Virus record (IMG/VR): IMGVR_UViG_3300044878_000031 | Span: 48,173-112,172 of that record | From: a virus | Reading direction: 5' to 3' (one strand) | DNA: 64,000 nucleotides | Part shown: one piece after another, positions 7,149-15,926 of the stretch | Numbering within the stretch: the stretch's first letter is position 1 | How the letters are laid out: the number at the start of each line of letters is the position of its first letter | Notes under the pieces: generated by a model | Told to the model about the DNA's origin: nothing | Database searches by the model: none | What the model saw: the letters and a program-made list of their open reading frames with translations, nothing else | Program-made: the position numbers and the translations under genes

Positions 7149-7643
7149 TTAAGCGGCGCAGGCCACGTACAGCGCTGCGTCTTCGAGACTCGCTACTACC
7201 ACCGCACCAGAGTCAGCCACTTGAGTTAACAGGCGGCTACGTTCAGGAGTAGTAGGACGACCCACCACCACTGCACGCTCAGGATCACGCATGGCTTGTT
7301 CAGCACGCTCTACAGCGAACTGCGATAAACCTGGTTCTTCTGGCAAGACGTAGATCTGCGTCGCATCGGCGAGTGCTTTCATCACGTCCTCTACAGCTTG
7401 CACTTGGAACTGGAGAGTTTCCAGGGATGGGGTCGAGATTGCACCAACGTTCCAGACCTTAACATCCTTGTGGCATTCCATCATGATGGCTTCCCACTCA
7501 CCCGAACCAACGTCACCGTGAATGATCACGTTACGTTCGTTCTTGATCCCGTCTACGTCTGCCAACTCGTTATTAGGAGTGGCCACGTGATCAGGACTTT
7601 CATCTGCTTCATCAGAAGCATCGAAGTAATCACCGAGAGACAT
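7149..7643 (-). CDS. hypothetical protein, weakly nucleoside 2-deoxyribosyltransferase-like
   Basis: AAGGAG RBS; alpha/beta pattern (ALADATQIYVLP...E.A...PERAVVV); function is a weak guess. Confidence 0.6.
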   Translation of the reverse strand: MSLGDYFDASDEADESPDHVATPNNELADVDGIKNERNVIIHGDVGSGEWEAIMMECHKDVKVWNVGAISTPSLETLQFQVQAVEDVMKALADATQIYVLPEEPGLSQFAVERAEQAMRDPERAVVVGRPTTPERSRLLTQVADSGAVVVASLEDAALYVACAA

Positions 7644-7724
7644 ATCGAACTCCTTTAGTACAGTTGGGTCTCATAAGATCGCAAAAAAAAAAGAGGGAGT
7701 GTAACCTCCCTTCTTTTGTCGCCA

Positions 7725-8366
7725 TCAAACGCGTTGGCGTAGGATAGCTTTGCCGCGAGTAACTTGAATGAAGATGCCACGTTTACGGGAGTCAGGGTTT
7801 TCACCTTGATCGTCCAGCGTGACAGTCATCCCAGCTTCTTCACAGCGTTTCACGTTTACGGTGTTCAGCAAACCGTCACGTTGAATCAGACACTTGTGAA
7901 TCCGCTCACCCAGGAGTTTGAGTTCCCGGAGTTGCGGTTGAACATCTTGCGGGTAACCTTCCAGCAACACCACATGCTCATAGAAGATTGCGAAGTGGCG
8001 AATCATATCGCCTACCGGATCTTCAATAGTGGTGACTGGTTCGGACAGTGCCTCGTCTTCAAGGGGTGGGTTCCAGCGAGTGCGCAGTTCGTCAATCGCT
8101 TCCTGTGTCTTCTCAACGCCGTAACGTTCGGTCATGATATTGGCCAGCCCTGACATGATGCTGTCGCGAGTGAAGGTAATATCTGGGTTCTTCTCGAGGA
8201 ACGACTCGAGGAACGATTTACCGGGTACATAGGTTTCGTCAGACATGGTAATTCCTTTTGGGGGCTCTTCACCAGTATAGTGAGGAACCAACATGTGGGG
8301 AGTGTCCATGATGCAGGAGAAGTCACAGGAGATTTCGTCTTCGGAGACAGTAGTAGATTGGTTCAT
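7725..8366 (-). CDS. hypothetical early protein
   Basis: Last ORF of early operon; terminator at 7681-7716. Confidence 0.75.
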   Translation of the reverse strand: MNQSTTVSEDEISCDFSCIMDTPHMLVPHYTGEEPPKGITMSDETYVPGKSFLESFLEKNPDITFTRDSIMSGLANIMTERYGVEKTQEAIDELRTRWNPPLEDEALSEPVTTIEDPVGDMIRHFAIFYEHVVLLEGYPQDVQPQLRELKLLGERIHKCLIQRDGLLNTVNVKRCEEAGMTVTLDDQGENPDSRKRGIFIQVTRGKAILRQRV

Positions 8367-8367
8367 G

Positions 8368-8622
8368 TTACACTTCCGTTTTAACAGTTAGGTTTGGTTC
8401 AAGGGGTTCTTGGTAGTGCGCTCGGATTAGCACACCACGTTTGGGACCGTTCTGCCCGTCGATCCACTCGATCTCTTCAGCTCGGTAGACCGGTTGGATG
8501 TTGGTGTACATTCCAGCGTAGTGCTGGATCGATTCAAAGAACACCGGAAGCTCATCAGGGAACTGTGCCAGTAAGCCCCTGAGGTCCCGAACTCTTTGTT
8601 GCTTAATAAAGATGCCGGACAT
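8368..8622 (-). CDS. hypothetical protein, paralog of C-terminal domain of 8625..9113
   Basis: Tightly packed operon; shared L..LL....L.VFFE...NI...Y..EE...LI.R pattern. Confidence 0.75.
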   Translation of the reverse strand: MSGIFIKQQRVRDLRGLLAQFPDELPVFFESIQHYAGMYTNIQPVYRAEEIEWIDGQNGPKRGVLIRAHYQEPLEPNLTVKTEV

Positions 8623-8624
8623 AA

Positions 8625-9113
8625 CTAAGCCCCTTGACCTTCAGGATCTTCTGGGTCTACGGGATCAGGTGGGCACTGACGGATGATCAGGCAAGGGATG
8701 TCCTTACCAAAGAAGCCGTAGGTAGTTTCCTCGACTACGTAAGCAGCTTCGATGTTACCACAGACAGGTGCAACGCGTTCGAAGAAGACATCCAAGTTTC
8801 TATCCTTGGTTGCCAACAGATCGCACAGCGTACCTGCGTTGAGTTGACGTCCTTCCCGGTCTTCAGGATAGTTGTAGTCTTCGTCGGGCAAAGGCCAGAG
8901 GCAGGACTTAGGGAAGTTGTAGGTTTGATCAGTACCAGGTAGGCGAACCTTGTACATCCCAGACTTCAACCATTGCTCAACCACCACGATCTGACCCAGG
9001 AACGGTCGGGCATCAGCATCGATGCCGTGGTCACCAATGTTCTTTTGTTGGTAACGCTTTCCGATGTGGAGTTGGTTATTGCGGTAAAGTCTTTCCATCT
9101 TTTCGTTCTGCAC
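8625..9113 (-). CDS. hypothetical two-domain protein
   Basis: GGGAG RBS, GTG start; SH3/KOW-like N-terminal half plus domain paralogous to 8368..8622. Confidence 0.75.
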   Translation of the reverse strand: MQNEKMERLYRNNQLHIGKRYQQKNIGDHGIDADARPFLGQIVVVEQWLKSGMYKVRLPGTDQTYNFPKSCLWPLPDEDYNYPEDREGRQLNAGTLCDLLATKDRNLDVFFERVAPVCGNIEAAYVVEETTYGFFGKDIPCLIIRQCPPDPVDPEDPEGQGA

Positions 9114-9173
9114 AACTAGGCTCCCATAAAAAAGAAAACCACAGGAGCCCCGAAGGACTCCTGTAGCTATTAC

Positions 9174-10172
9174 TTACTTGCCGTCAACGCGAACCAGATC
9201 CCACAGGGTGTTCTTGTCGAAGTCGCTGTAGTCAGCGATGCGGTCAGCCATGTCGTCTTCTTTGTTCATGACGTTGCCGCCAACCGAGCAGGTGCTCAGT
9301 TCCACAGTACCGTCTTCGTTCAGCTCAACTGGGTTGATGCAGAACAGCTTGCCTTCCAGCAAAGCCACCACGTGTTCTTTGTGACCACGTTTGCCGAACA
9401 CTGCAACGTGCGACAGTTGGATGTTGTTACGGCCTCCGTTGTGACCATCTTTGATCAGGCCGCCAGCAGCCAGCACGCCTTCAACAACCTTGGCGTTGCG
9501 AGCACGAATCTTTTCGATCAGTGGGTTCATTGCGATTTCTTCCTTCTGAGGAGTTTGCTCTTCGGTGAGCGAGATCATGTTTTCAGCGAAGTCACCAGTG
9601 GCAACCTGACGAGCCAGGTTAGGGTAGTTCCACTCGGTAACAACATTCTGGTAGTTGGTGCTGAACACCGCGTACATGCCATTGTGGCGAACCAGAACGT
9701 GGGTGTGACCTTTCTCGTGTAGGAAAGGTTTGTAAGCATCAGCAGGAATCTTGTCCAGCAGGATGTGTTCTACAACAGCGTCGACCACAGCTTGATCGAT
9801 CACAACAGCTTTAGCAGCAATTTCCATTTCTTCAGCCTCGAGAGTTTTGAACGGGATAACACCGATGATCTTGCCACCGAAAGAATCCCAGTAGGCAGCA
9901 GCAGCTTCTTCGATCAGCGCGAACTTGTGACCATCAACGTGGCCAGCGAAGTGCGGGCTGGAAACACGGTAGCCACCTTCAGCACGAATTACAACTTCAC
10001 GCAGAGGAGCTTCTTTACCGTCTTCCAAGTACACCAGAGTCAGGCGACCATCCTTCACTTTGTACAGACCCAGGAAACCTTCCTGAACCAGTTGACCAGC
10101 GAAGTAGATACCATCGTTCTTGATGGCTTGAGTAGCAGCGCGTACAGCAACAACCGAAGTAATGGAGTTCAT
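9174..10172 (-). CDS. early multidomain protein; C-terminal 118 aa paralogous to 53963..54304
   Basis: AAGGA RBS, strongly biased codons, first gene after early promoter; internal RBS and ATG at 9530. Confidence 0.85.
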   Translation of the reverse strand: MNSITSVVAVRAATQAIKNDGIYFAGQLVQEGFLGLYKVKDGRLTLVYLEDGKEAPLREVVIRAEGGYRVSSPHFAGHVDGHKFALIEEAAAAYWDSFGGKIIGVIPFKTLEAEEMEIAAKAVVIDQAVVDAVVEHILLDKIPADAYKPFLHEKGHTHVLVRHNGMYAVFSTNYQNVVTEWNYPNLARQVATGDFAENMISLTEEQTPQKEEIAMNPLIEKIRARNAKVVEGVLAAGGLIKDGHNGGRNNIQLSHVAVFGKRGHKEHVVALLEGKLFCINPVELNEDGTVELSTCSVGGNVMNKEDDMADRIADYSDFDKNTLWDLVRVDGK

Positions 10173-10203
10173 ATTCGTATTCCTTCTGAGGATAAAGTAG
10201 TTT

Positions 10204-10270
10204 GATGAACAAGATTTTGTATCCTATTCACCAGAGTAATATAGACTTGAGATTTTTTTATTTCGACTTT
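10204..10270 (-). repeat. early promoter + 5' leader hairpin cassette, copy 1
   Basis: 60/67 identical to 54653-54719; contains TATATTAC. Confidence 0.85.
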
Positions 10271-10318
10271 TATGCCCTACGTATTTTGTGACTATAGTTT
10301 CTCCTGAGGAATGGCGAC

Positions 10319-11545
10319 ATGACCGCTAGCATTAAGGGGGTCTTCACCAGCGAGCTGAATGACCTAGAGCTTGACCCCAAGCTCGTTAAAAGACTGTCCC
10401 ATTTCAAACACGCTTTCATCAACAAGAACGATGACCACATCAACTTCTTTGGTGGGAACCTGTTAGGGGTGGAAGTGGTACGGTATCTGCAACAAGACCG
10501 TGACCAGTGGTTCAGTGAAGTTCTGGACGTGGATGACGTAACCCTGACTGAAGCGTTGTATTCCCTCGATGTCATTAACGAGGAGTTCAAACGTACTTCG
10601 GACGTGGTCAACTTAACCAGCGTCTATCTGTTACACGCTCTCTACAACTCCAAGAAGCTGACGGCTACGGAGAAAGAGAAAGCAATGATCGATGTGGTGT
10701 ACATGCTACAGGTGAAGTTTATCACCAGTATCTTTGCCCACTACTTTAAGTTCCCTGCGGACAAAGAGATTGCTCAGGCGGTCTACGAATCCCTCAGTTA
10801 CAAGTACGCCCTCAAACGTGCGGGTAGCTGGAACGCTTTGTTCACCGAACGTTCCAAGGACGTGATCAGCCACAACAGCATTCACTTCAAGACCATCAAA
10901 GACTTCAACGACGATGATGCGATCTTGTACATGATCACCGACATCCAGGGTCGTATCCGGGAAGTGGTCAAGAAGATGTACGCTGTGCTGATCCAGATGC
11001 GGGACAACAAAGACCGTATCCATTCGACCACCAGTGTGGCACTGTCGACTGACGGGGAAGCTATCCTCAAAGACCGGCAGCGTAGCTTCTCCACGTACAA
11101 GCGCTATATCCACAGTGTGATCCCAGACCGGGTGACGTTCATTCGTGACGAGGTTGTGTCTGTTATTACAGATGCCATGCACACTATGTCCCCGAAGCTA
11201 TTTCTGGACGTGCTGGAACACTGTAGCGCCAACTACGGCAAAGCAGGCCACCAAGAGATTGCTGATCTCTGTGACGAGACCTTGCTCCACGCCTTCGAGT
11301 TTCTATCCGCTAACCGAACCCTCCTGCGCAATCAGGGCGACCTCGGTAAGCTGTTGACTCGTCTGCGTTCGCTGTACATGGCTTCACGAATGGTTGACCC
11401 CACTCTGTTGAAGATGCGTGACCTCGCTGACAGTATCGTCCACAAGTCCAGTACGAGTAAGAACAAAGCAATGCAGGCCAGTCTGCGTACCGGTCTCGAA
11501 CTGTATATCGTGCTTCGGACTTTCACGATGAACTACTACTCTTGA
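10319..11545 (+). CDS. conserved virion structural protein (phiKZ gp32-like)
   Basis: 408 aa, GAGGA RBS, convergent with terminase; homology from synteny. Confidence 0.7.
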   Translation: MTASIKGVFTSELNDLELDPKLVKRLSHFKHAFINKNDDHINFFGGNLLGVEVVRYLQQDRDQWFSEVLDVDDVTLTEALYSLDVINEEFKRTSDVVNLTSVYLLHALYNSKKLTATEKEKAMIDVVYMLQVKFITSIFAHYFKFPADKEIAQAVYESLSYKYALKRAGSWNALFTERSKDVISHNSIHFKTIKDFNDDDAILYMITDIQGRIREVVKKMYAVLIQMRDNKDRIHSTTSVALSTDGEAILKDRQRSFSTYKRYIHSVIPDRVTFIRDEVVSVITDAMHTMSPKLFLDVLEHCSANYGKAGHQEIADLCDETLLHAFEFLSANRTLLRNQGDLGKLLTRLRSLYMASRMVDPTLLKMRDLADSIVHKSSTSKNKAMQASLRTGLELYIVLRTFTMNYYS

Positions 11546-11552
11546 GGCACTT

Positions 11553-11906
11553 ATGAAAGCATTGCTCCGCGCACTGGGCACCCAGTTCAATACTGAGAAG
11601 TCCCGGATGGAGATGATTGTAGAACGTCCACCATTCGAGGCGGATCTGCGTAAGATCATCAAAAGCACCAAACAGATGATCAAGACCACCACTCGGGTTA
11701 GCCGTTGGCAATGTCTCTGGTGGAGCGGTTACGAGGAAGAGGTAGTGACGGATTACTACATCGTTCACTTCCTAGTCCGGGGCGATGCTTTGTCTTACTC
11801 CAAACGCTACCACACGGAAGTGATTGACCAGCAGCATTTGGAGGCTCTGTACCAAGAGTCGATCTACAGCGTGAAAGGTCATCTGGCTCACGACGAGTTC
11901 CAGTAA
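11553..11906 (+). CDS. hypothetical protein
   Basis: GAGG RBS, ends at bidirectional terminator 11908-11947. Confidence 0.7.
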   Translation: MKALLRALGTQFNTEKSRMEMIVERPPFEADLRKIIKSTKQMIKTTTRVSRWQCLWWSGYEEEVVTDYYIVHFLVRGDALSYSKRYHTEVIDQQHLEALYQESIYSVKGHLAHDEFQ

Positions 11907-11907
11907 G

Positions 11908-11947
11908 GCGCATAAAGAGCCCACCCCAGCGGGTGGGCTCTATGCCG
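11908..11947. terminator. bidirectional hairpin/TATGCCG element
   Basis: GCGCATAA-AGAGCCCACCC/GGGTGGGCTCT-ATGCCG. Confidence 0.75.
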
Positions 11948-14161
11948 TTAGGCAGCCATGCGAACACCACCCCACGGATTGTTAGCCGCAGGACGTTGTT
12001 TGTTCCCCCACGAAATCCCTTTCGAGAAGAAGTCGTTCTGTTGCACACGGGCTTGCTTGTTGTTCCGCACCAGACGTTCATCCGAGGCACGCTTGATCAA
12101 GGCGTTCATGTTGTTCACCTCCTCAGTGTCCTCTTTGATACGGCTAGCCAAGAAGCGCAGACGTGCTTCAGTCCGGGTAACTTGGAAGGTATCCGAAGCT
12201 TCAGCCAACACAGCGTACAGTCCATCCATTTCCGTACGGTAGTCTTTCTGCACCCGCTTCTCGTGGATCTCTTCCAACGTGAGAGGTTTACTGTTATCGC
12301 TAACAGCCGACATCACAATGCTAGCGTCAATCCCGTACCAGTCAAGGTTCGTCCCCATCATCAACATCCAGTTAGCCAACAGCCACGCAACTACCGTGTC
12401 GTCGTGTCCTGAAGCATCGTGGTCGATACGTCCTCGCTTCACCACTAGGGCGCGAATCTCTGCGGAGAGTACCTTGTCTCTGACGAGGTGTCCGGCTTTC
12501 TTCGCCGATTGTTGCAACACAGTCGAGTACAGGGAGTTCCGTGCTTCCGCCGTGGTGTTGAACCCGAAGTACTTCTTCGTGCTGTCGTAGAACCCAGGAG
12601 AACGAGCACCGTGTGGACGTTGCAGTTCTTTGAACAGGTCTTGACGATCGGAAGCTTCGTCGACGATACGGTTGAAGATACGACGGAATGGATCGATGCC
12701 GTGTTTCGGCAGAGTCAGGAGCAGGGAGTCTACGATCATTTGACCGGTGGACTTCTTCTCTGGAATCAGCGTCATGTTCGGGTACTTCACCATCAGTTCG
12801 GCCAAAGCGTTCGAGAACCGGATCAAGTTGGTTTCGTTCACAGTGAAAGCACCGACTACCGACAGATCCTTCGCACTGATGATTACACCCGCGATGGCAT
12901 CTCGACCGATTGCTTCCGAGGTATCCAACCCCAGGATGAAACTGTCGTTGCGTTTGGCAGCAGCAAGTTCCACTTCGTCCAAGTACCAACGGATGATGTA
13001 CAGCTCTTTGGTGATCTCGGTGTGTTTGATCTCGACCACAGAATCGCGAATCTTTTCGTTGAGTGCGGGAGACAGTGGGGAACTCTGCGTACCCGATGTC
13101 CACACGTTGAAGAAGTCTCGGTCTGCTGCGTCGCCGAAGGAACTGGCCTGAGACATTGCCTCGTACAGCCATTCATCGGTGTAGCCCAATTGACGGTGAC
13201 TGAAGGTGGCGTTGATAATCAACTTACGTCCAGCGCAGTTCTTACGAACCATTTCCACCAGAGCATCACGGTCAACACAATCGTAGAACAGTTCAGTCCA
13301 CGTTGCACCACCATGAATCATGTCGTACATGAAGCGACCGTCACGGTCGTCTTTCTTACCAGCCGTTGTAGTAAAGATGTTGCCGTGTGGACGGCCGTGC
13401 ATCTTCGCTTCAGCACGAGCGGTAGTAGCAGCAGCCAGGGCCGCAGGCAGAGTAGTACCGATGTGGTTAATGAAGGGACCTTCGTCGATGTGCGCAATAG
13501 GTGCGGTAAGTCCCCGACCCAAGTTGTTCGCAGTAGACTCAGAGTTCTGAGAAACGCCAGTGGTGTAGTAGTTCTCGTGGTGCTTACAGGTAACTTCGAA
13601 TTGGTTGTCCGAGTCGTCACGGCTCCGAGGTACAATGTAGCCCGGCAGCAAGTCACGCAGCTTCTTGATACGCTCAACGTTCTTCTTACGGAGGGTATCG
13701 TCCTTTGTGATCATGTTGATGATGGAGTTACCAGCACCGATGAACAGCAGCCACAGCATGATACAGTCAGTAGACACCGACTTACCCGTCTGACGTGGTT
13801 GGATCAACGCAATGTCGATACTGTTCAGGAACGCCCAGGTAATCGCAATGTTACCCCGGTTGGCAATGTAGGAGATTGGGTTCGGACCAGCAACAGGAGG
13901 AATCCGAACAACCTCACGCAAGAAGTACCAAACGTTCCAGCGGCACTCCAGACCGATAGCGATCTTGGTGGCTTCAGAAAGAATCTCGCAGTGAGGGTCA
14001 ACACCCTTTAGGTCTTGGTTAATCAAGGCTAAAGGAAAATATCGGTTCTTAACCCCCATCTCTCCATAGAGCGAGACGAGGCGTAGAAACGATTCATTCT
14101 TCGTATCGAAGTCAGGCCTTGCAGTAAAGGCCCTCGTCCAATCATTGGCGAATAGAATCAT
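11948..14161 (-). CDS. terL: terminase large subunit
   Basis: Walker A QPRQTGKS, Walker B HIDEG, nuclease LGLDTSE and GHDD; start moved to MILFANDW (AGGA RBS). Confidence 0.95.
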   Translation of the reverse strand: MILFANDWTRAFTARPDFDTKNESFLRLVSLYGEMGVKNRYFPLALINQDLKGVDPHCEILSEATKIAIGLECRWNVWYFLREVVRIPPVAGPNPISYIANRGNIAITWAFLNSIDIALIQPRQTGKSVSTDCIMLWLLFIGAGNSIINMITKDDTLRKKNVERIKKLRDLLPGYIVPRSRDDSDNQFEVTCKHHENYYTTGVSQNSESTANNLGRGLTAPIAHIDEGPFINHIGTTLPAALAAATTARAEAKMHGRPHGNIFTTTAGKKDDRDGRFMYDMIHGGATWTELFYDCVDRDALVEMVRKNCAGRKLIINATFSHRQLGYTDEWLYEAMSQASSFGDAADRDFFNVWTSGTQSSPLSPALNEKIRDSVVEIKHTEITKELYIIRWYLDEVELAAAKRNDSFILGLDTSEAIGRDAIAGVIISAKDLSVVGAFTVNETNLIRFSNALAELMVKYPNMTLIPEKKSTGQMIVDSLLLTLPKHGIDPFRRIFNRIVDEASDRQDLFKELQRPHGARSPGFYDSTKKYFGFNTTAEARNSLYSTVLQQSAKKAGHLVRDKVLSAEIRALVVKRGRIDHDASGHDDTVVAWLLANWMLMMGTNLDWYGIDASIVMSAVSDNSKPLTLEEIHEKRVQKDYRTEMDGLYAVLAEASDTFQVTRTEARLRFLASRIKEDTEEVNNMNALIKRASDERLVRNNKQARVQQNDFFSKGISWGNKQRPAANNPWGGVRMAA

Positions 14162-14237
14162 AGGGAAAGTCCTAGAAAGAGTGGGTAGCTCATAACTTAG
14201 ACGGCATAAAGCCGGAGGTTGCCCTCCGGCCCTAACC

Positions 14238-15923
14238 TTACAGAGCAGTAACCTGCAATGTAACCATCCCGCCCATGCCCAACTGGAGGTCTCCCTCTTG
14301 TAGGCGTTTGACGAAACGAATGAACAACGGTTTCCCGTCCTTCGGTACTTCTGGAACTTGCAACTCCGTGTTCCAACGATCAATTGGGTAAGCGAATTCC
14401 TTACCGTTGATCATCAGCATGAAGTAGTTCGGTTCCGGTGCTTGGGTTTCGGATTGAGTATTCACCAACGGCTGAGCGTTGTAGAACACGTCCTTGATCC
14501 ACAAGTCTTTCAACAGGTAACCCGAATCAATCTTCAGGAGCCAGTTGTTGACGTTGATGAACTTAGCCCGTGCACGCAGACCTTTACCGTACAGCTCAGG
14601 TTGCCCCGAGTAGTACTCGATGTTCCATCCGTTGGTCTGGGTGTTACCCGGAGCCAGCAGTGCTACACCGATAGTCTGGGCGTGACGCCAGTCGGAGTAG
14701 TTGCTATCGATGTCGGACATGTTGATACCAACGTTGATACGCTGGATCGGACCGTACGACGTCGGGTCGAATGGGTTCGAGTTGAGTGCGAAGGTAACCT
14801 TGTCAGTCACTTCGAAGAACTCAGAACGGTTGAGGTTGAACAAGAACCAGCGCAGCTTGTAACCCATGGTGGCATCGATCCACTCTGGGAAACAGAACAA
14901 CTTGACAGAGTACGCACCGTTCATTCGTGTAGTGGTTGCCCAATACGGAACAGACATGTGCTTAGTGACGTTAGCCGAAGCCCCGTACACGTACTCTTCA
15001 GCCGACAGCTTGTACGACAGAGCCAACTCGACCTTCTGCCCCACGATGGTAGCAATGAAGTTCTGCAACCCGTACAGGTTGAACTTGGTTCCGTCGACTG
15101 GCATGATCTTGCGAGAGCCGTCGCTGTACGTCACCACACCACGAGCGTTGAGTGCGTCGATCGGCATGTTGATAGCGAACTTCAACAGACTGTCGTCGCC
15201 TTCCGAAATGAACGGAGACTCGAGGTGGATACTGGTGATAAACTTCTTCGACGCGTCCGTAGTACGGATGAACGCCGTGTTCATAACCAACAGCTTGGTG
15301 ATCGAAGTCACGTTACCCACGGCATCGTACAACACCGCAGTAACCACTTCATTGTCCGGCAGCTTCTGCAAGGTGTAACCAACCATCGGAGCTTTCACTG
15401 CGTAGTTGATTGCAGAGGGAACACCCGACTGTGGGTTGTTGGGGACTTGCACCAACTCCAGTGGAATGTTCTCACCGAGCAACGTACCGCCGTGATCGTA
15501 CATCGCAGAGATCACTTTGGATTCGTCACTGATGTCCGTACCCCAGAAGATCTTGACGCTCGACACAGTAGTACCGTAAACCCGCAAGCGAGAGTCGATA
15601 GCCAACACGTGAGGAGTAACCGAGGTATCGAGATACACACGGTAGGATTCATTCTGGTGTTCGTGACCCACACCCAACAGGATGTCTTCATCGGACACTT
15701 CAGAACCCGTCTTCGGAGGTTCGTACTCTTTGAGCTGACTCAAGCCAGTCAAGAGGTTAACGGCGATTACTTGCCAGAGACCAGTTACCCAGTCCCAGAC
15801 TTCGTCGTTAACGTTAGGGACGTAGCGCCCCGTACCGGTAGGACCGGTATAGATCTCATCTTTTCGCCACCGACGGTGACCCCGGTTAGGGTCTGTGATC
15901 GGGACGATAAACGTATCGCTCAT
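14238..15923 (-). CDS. virion structural protein (phiKZ gp26-like, probable baseplate)
   Basis: 561 aa, beta-rich, between terminase and sheath. Confidence 0.75.
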   Translation of the reverse strand: MSDTFIVPITDPNRGHRRWRKDEIYTGPTGTGRYVPNVNDEVWDWVTGLWQVIAVNLLTGLSQLKEYEPPKTGSEVSDEDILLGVGHEHQNESYRVYLDTSVTPHVLAIDSRLRVYGTTVSSVKIFWGTDISDESKVISAMYDHGGTLLGENIPLELVQVPNNPQSGVPSAINYAVKAPMVGYTLQKLPDNEVVTAVLYDAVGNVTSITKLLVMNTAFIRTTDASKKFITSIHLESPFISEGDDSLLKFAINMPIDALNARGVVTYSDGSRKIMPVDGTKFNLYGLQNFIATIVGQKVELALSYKLSAEEYVYGASANVTKHMSVPYWATTTRMNGAYSVKLFCFPEWIDATMGYKLRWFLFNLNRSEFFEVTDKVTFALNSNPFDPTSYGPIQRINVGINMSDIDSNYSDWRHAQTIGVALLAPGNTQTNGWNIEYYSGQPELYGKGLRARAKFINVNNWLLKIDSGYLLKDLWIKDVFYNAQPLVNTQSETQAPEPNYFMLMINGKEFAYPIDRWNTELQVPEVPKDGKPLFIRFVKRLQEGDLQLGMGGMVTLQVTAL

Positions 15924-15926
15924 GGT

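Noticed and set aside
14162-14383. 74-aa N-terminal extension of terminase in the ORF track
   Set aside because: Crosses the upstream gene and terminator; RBS supports a start at 14161
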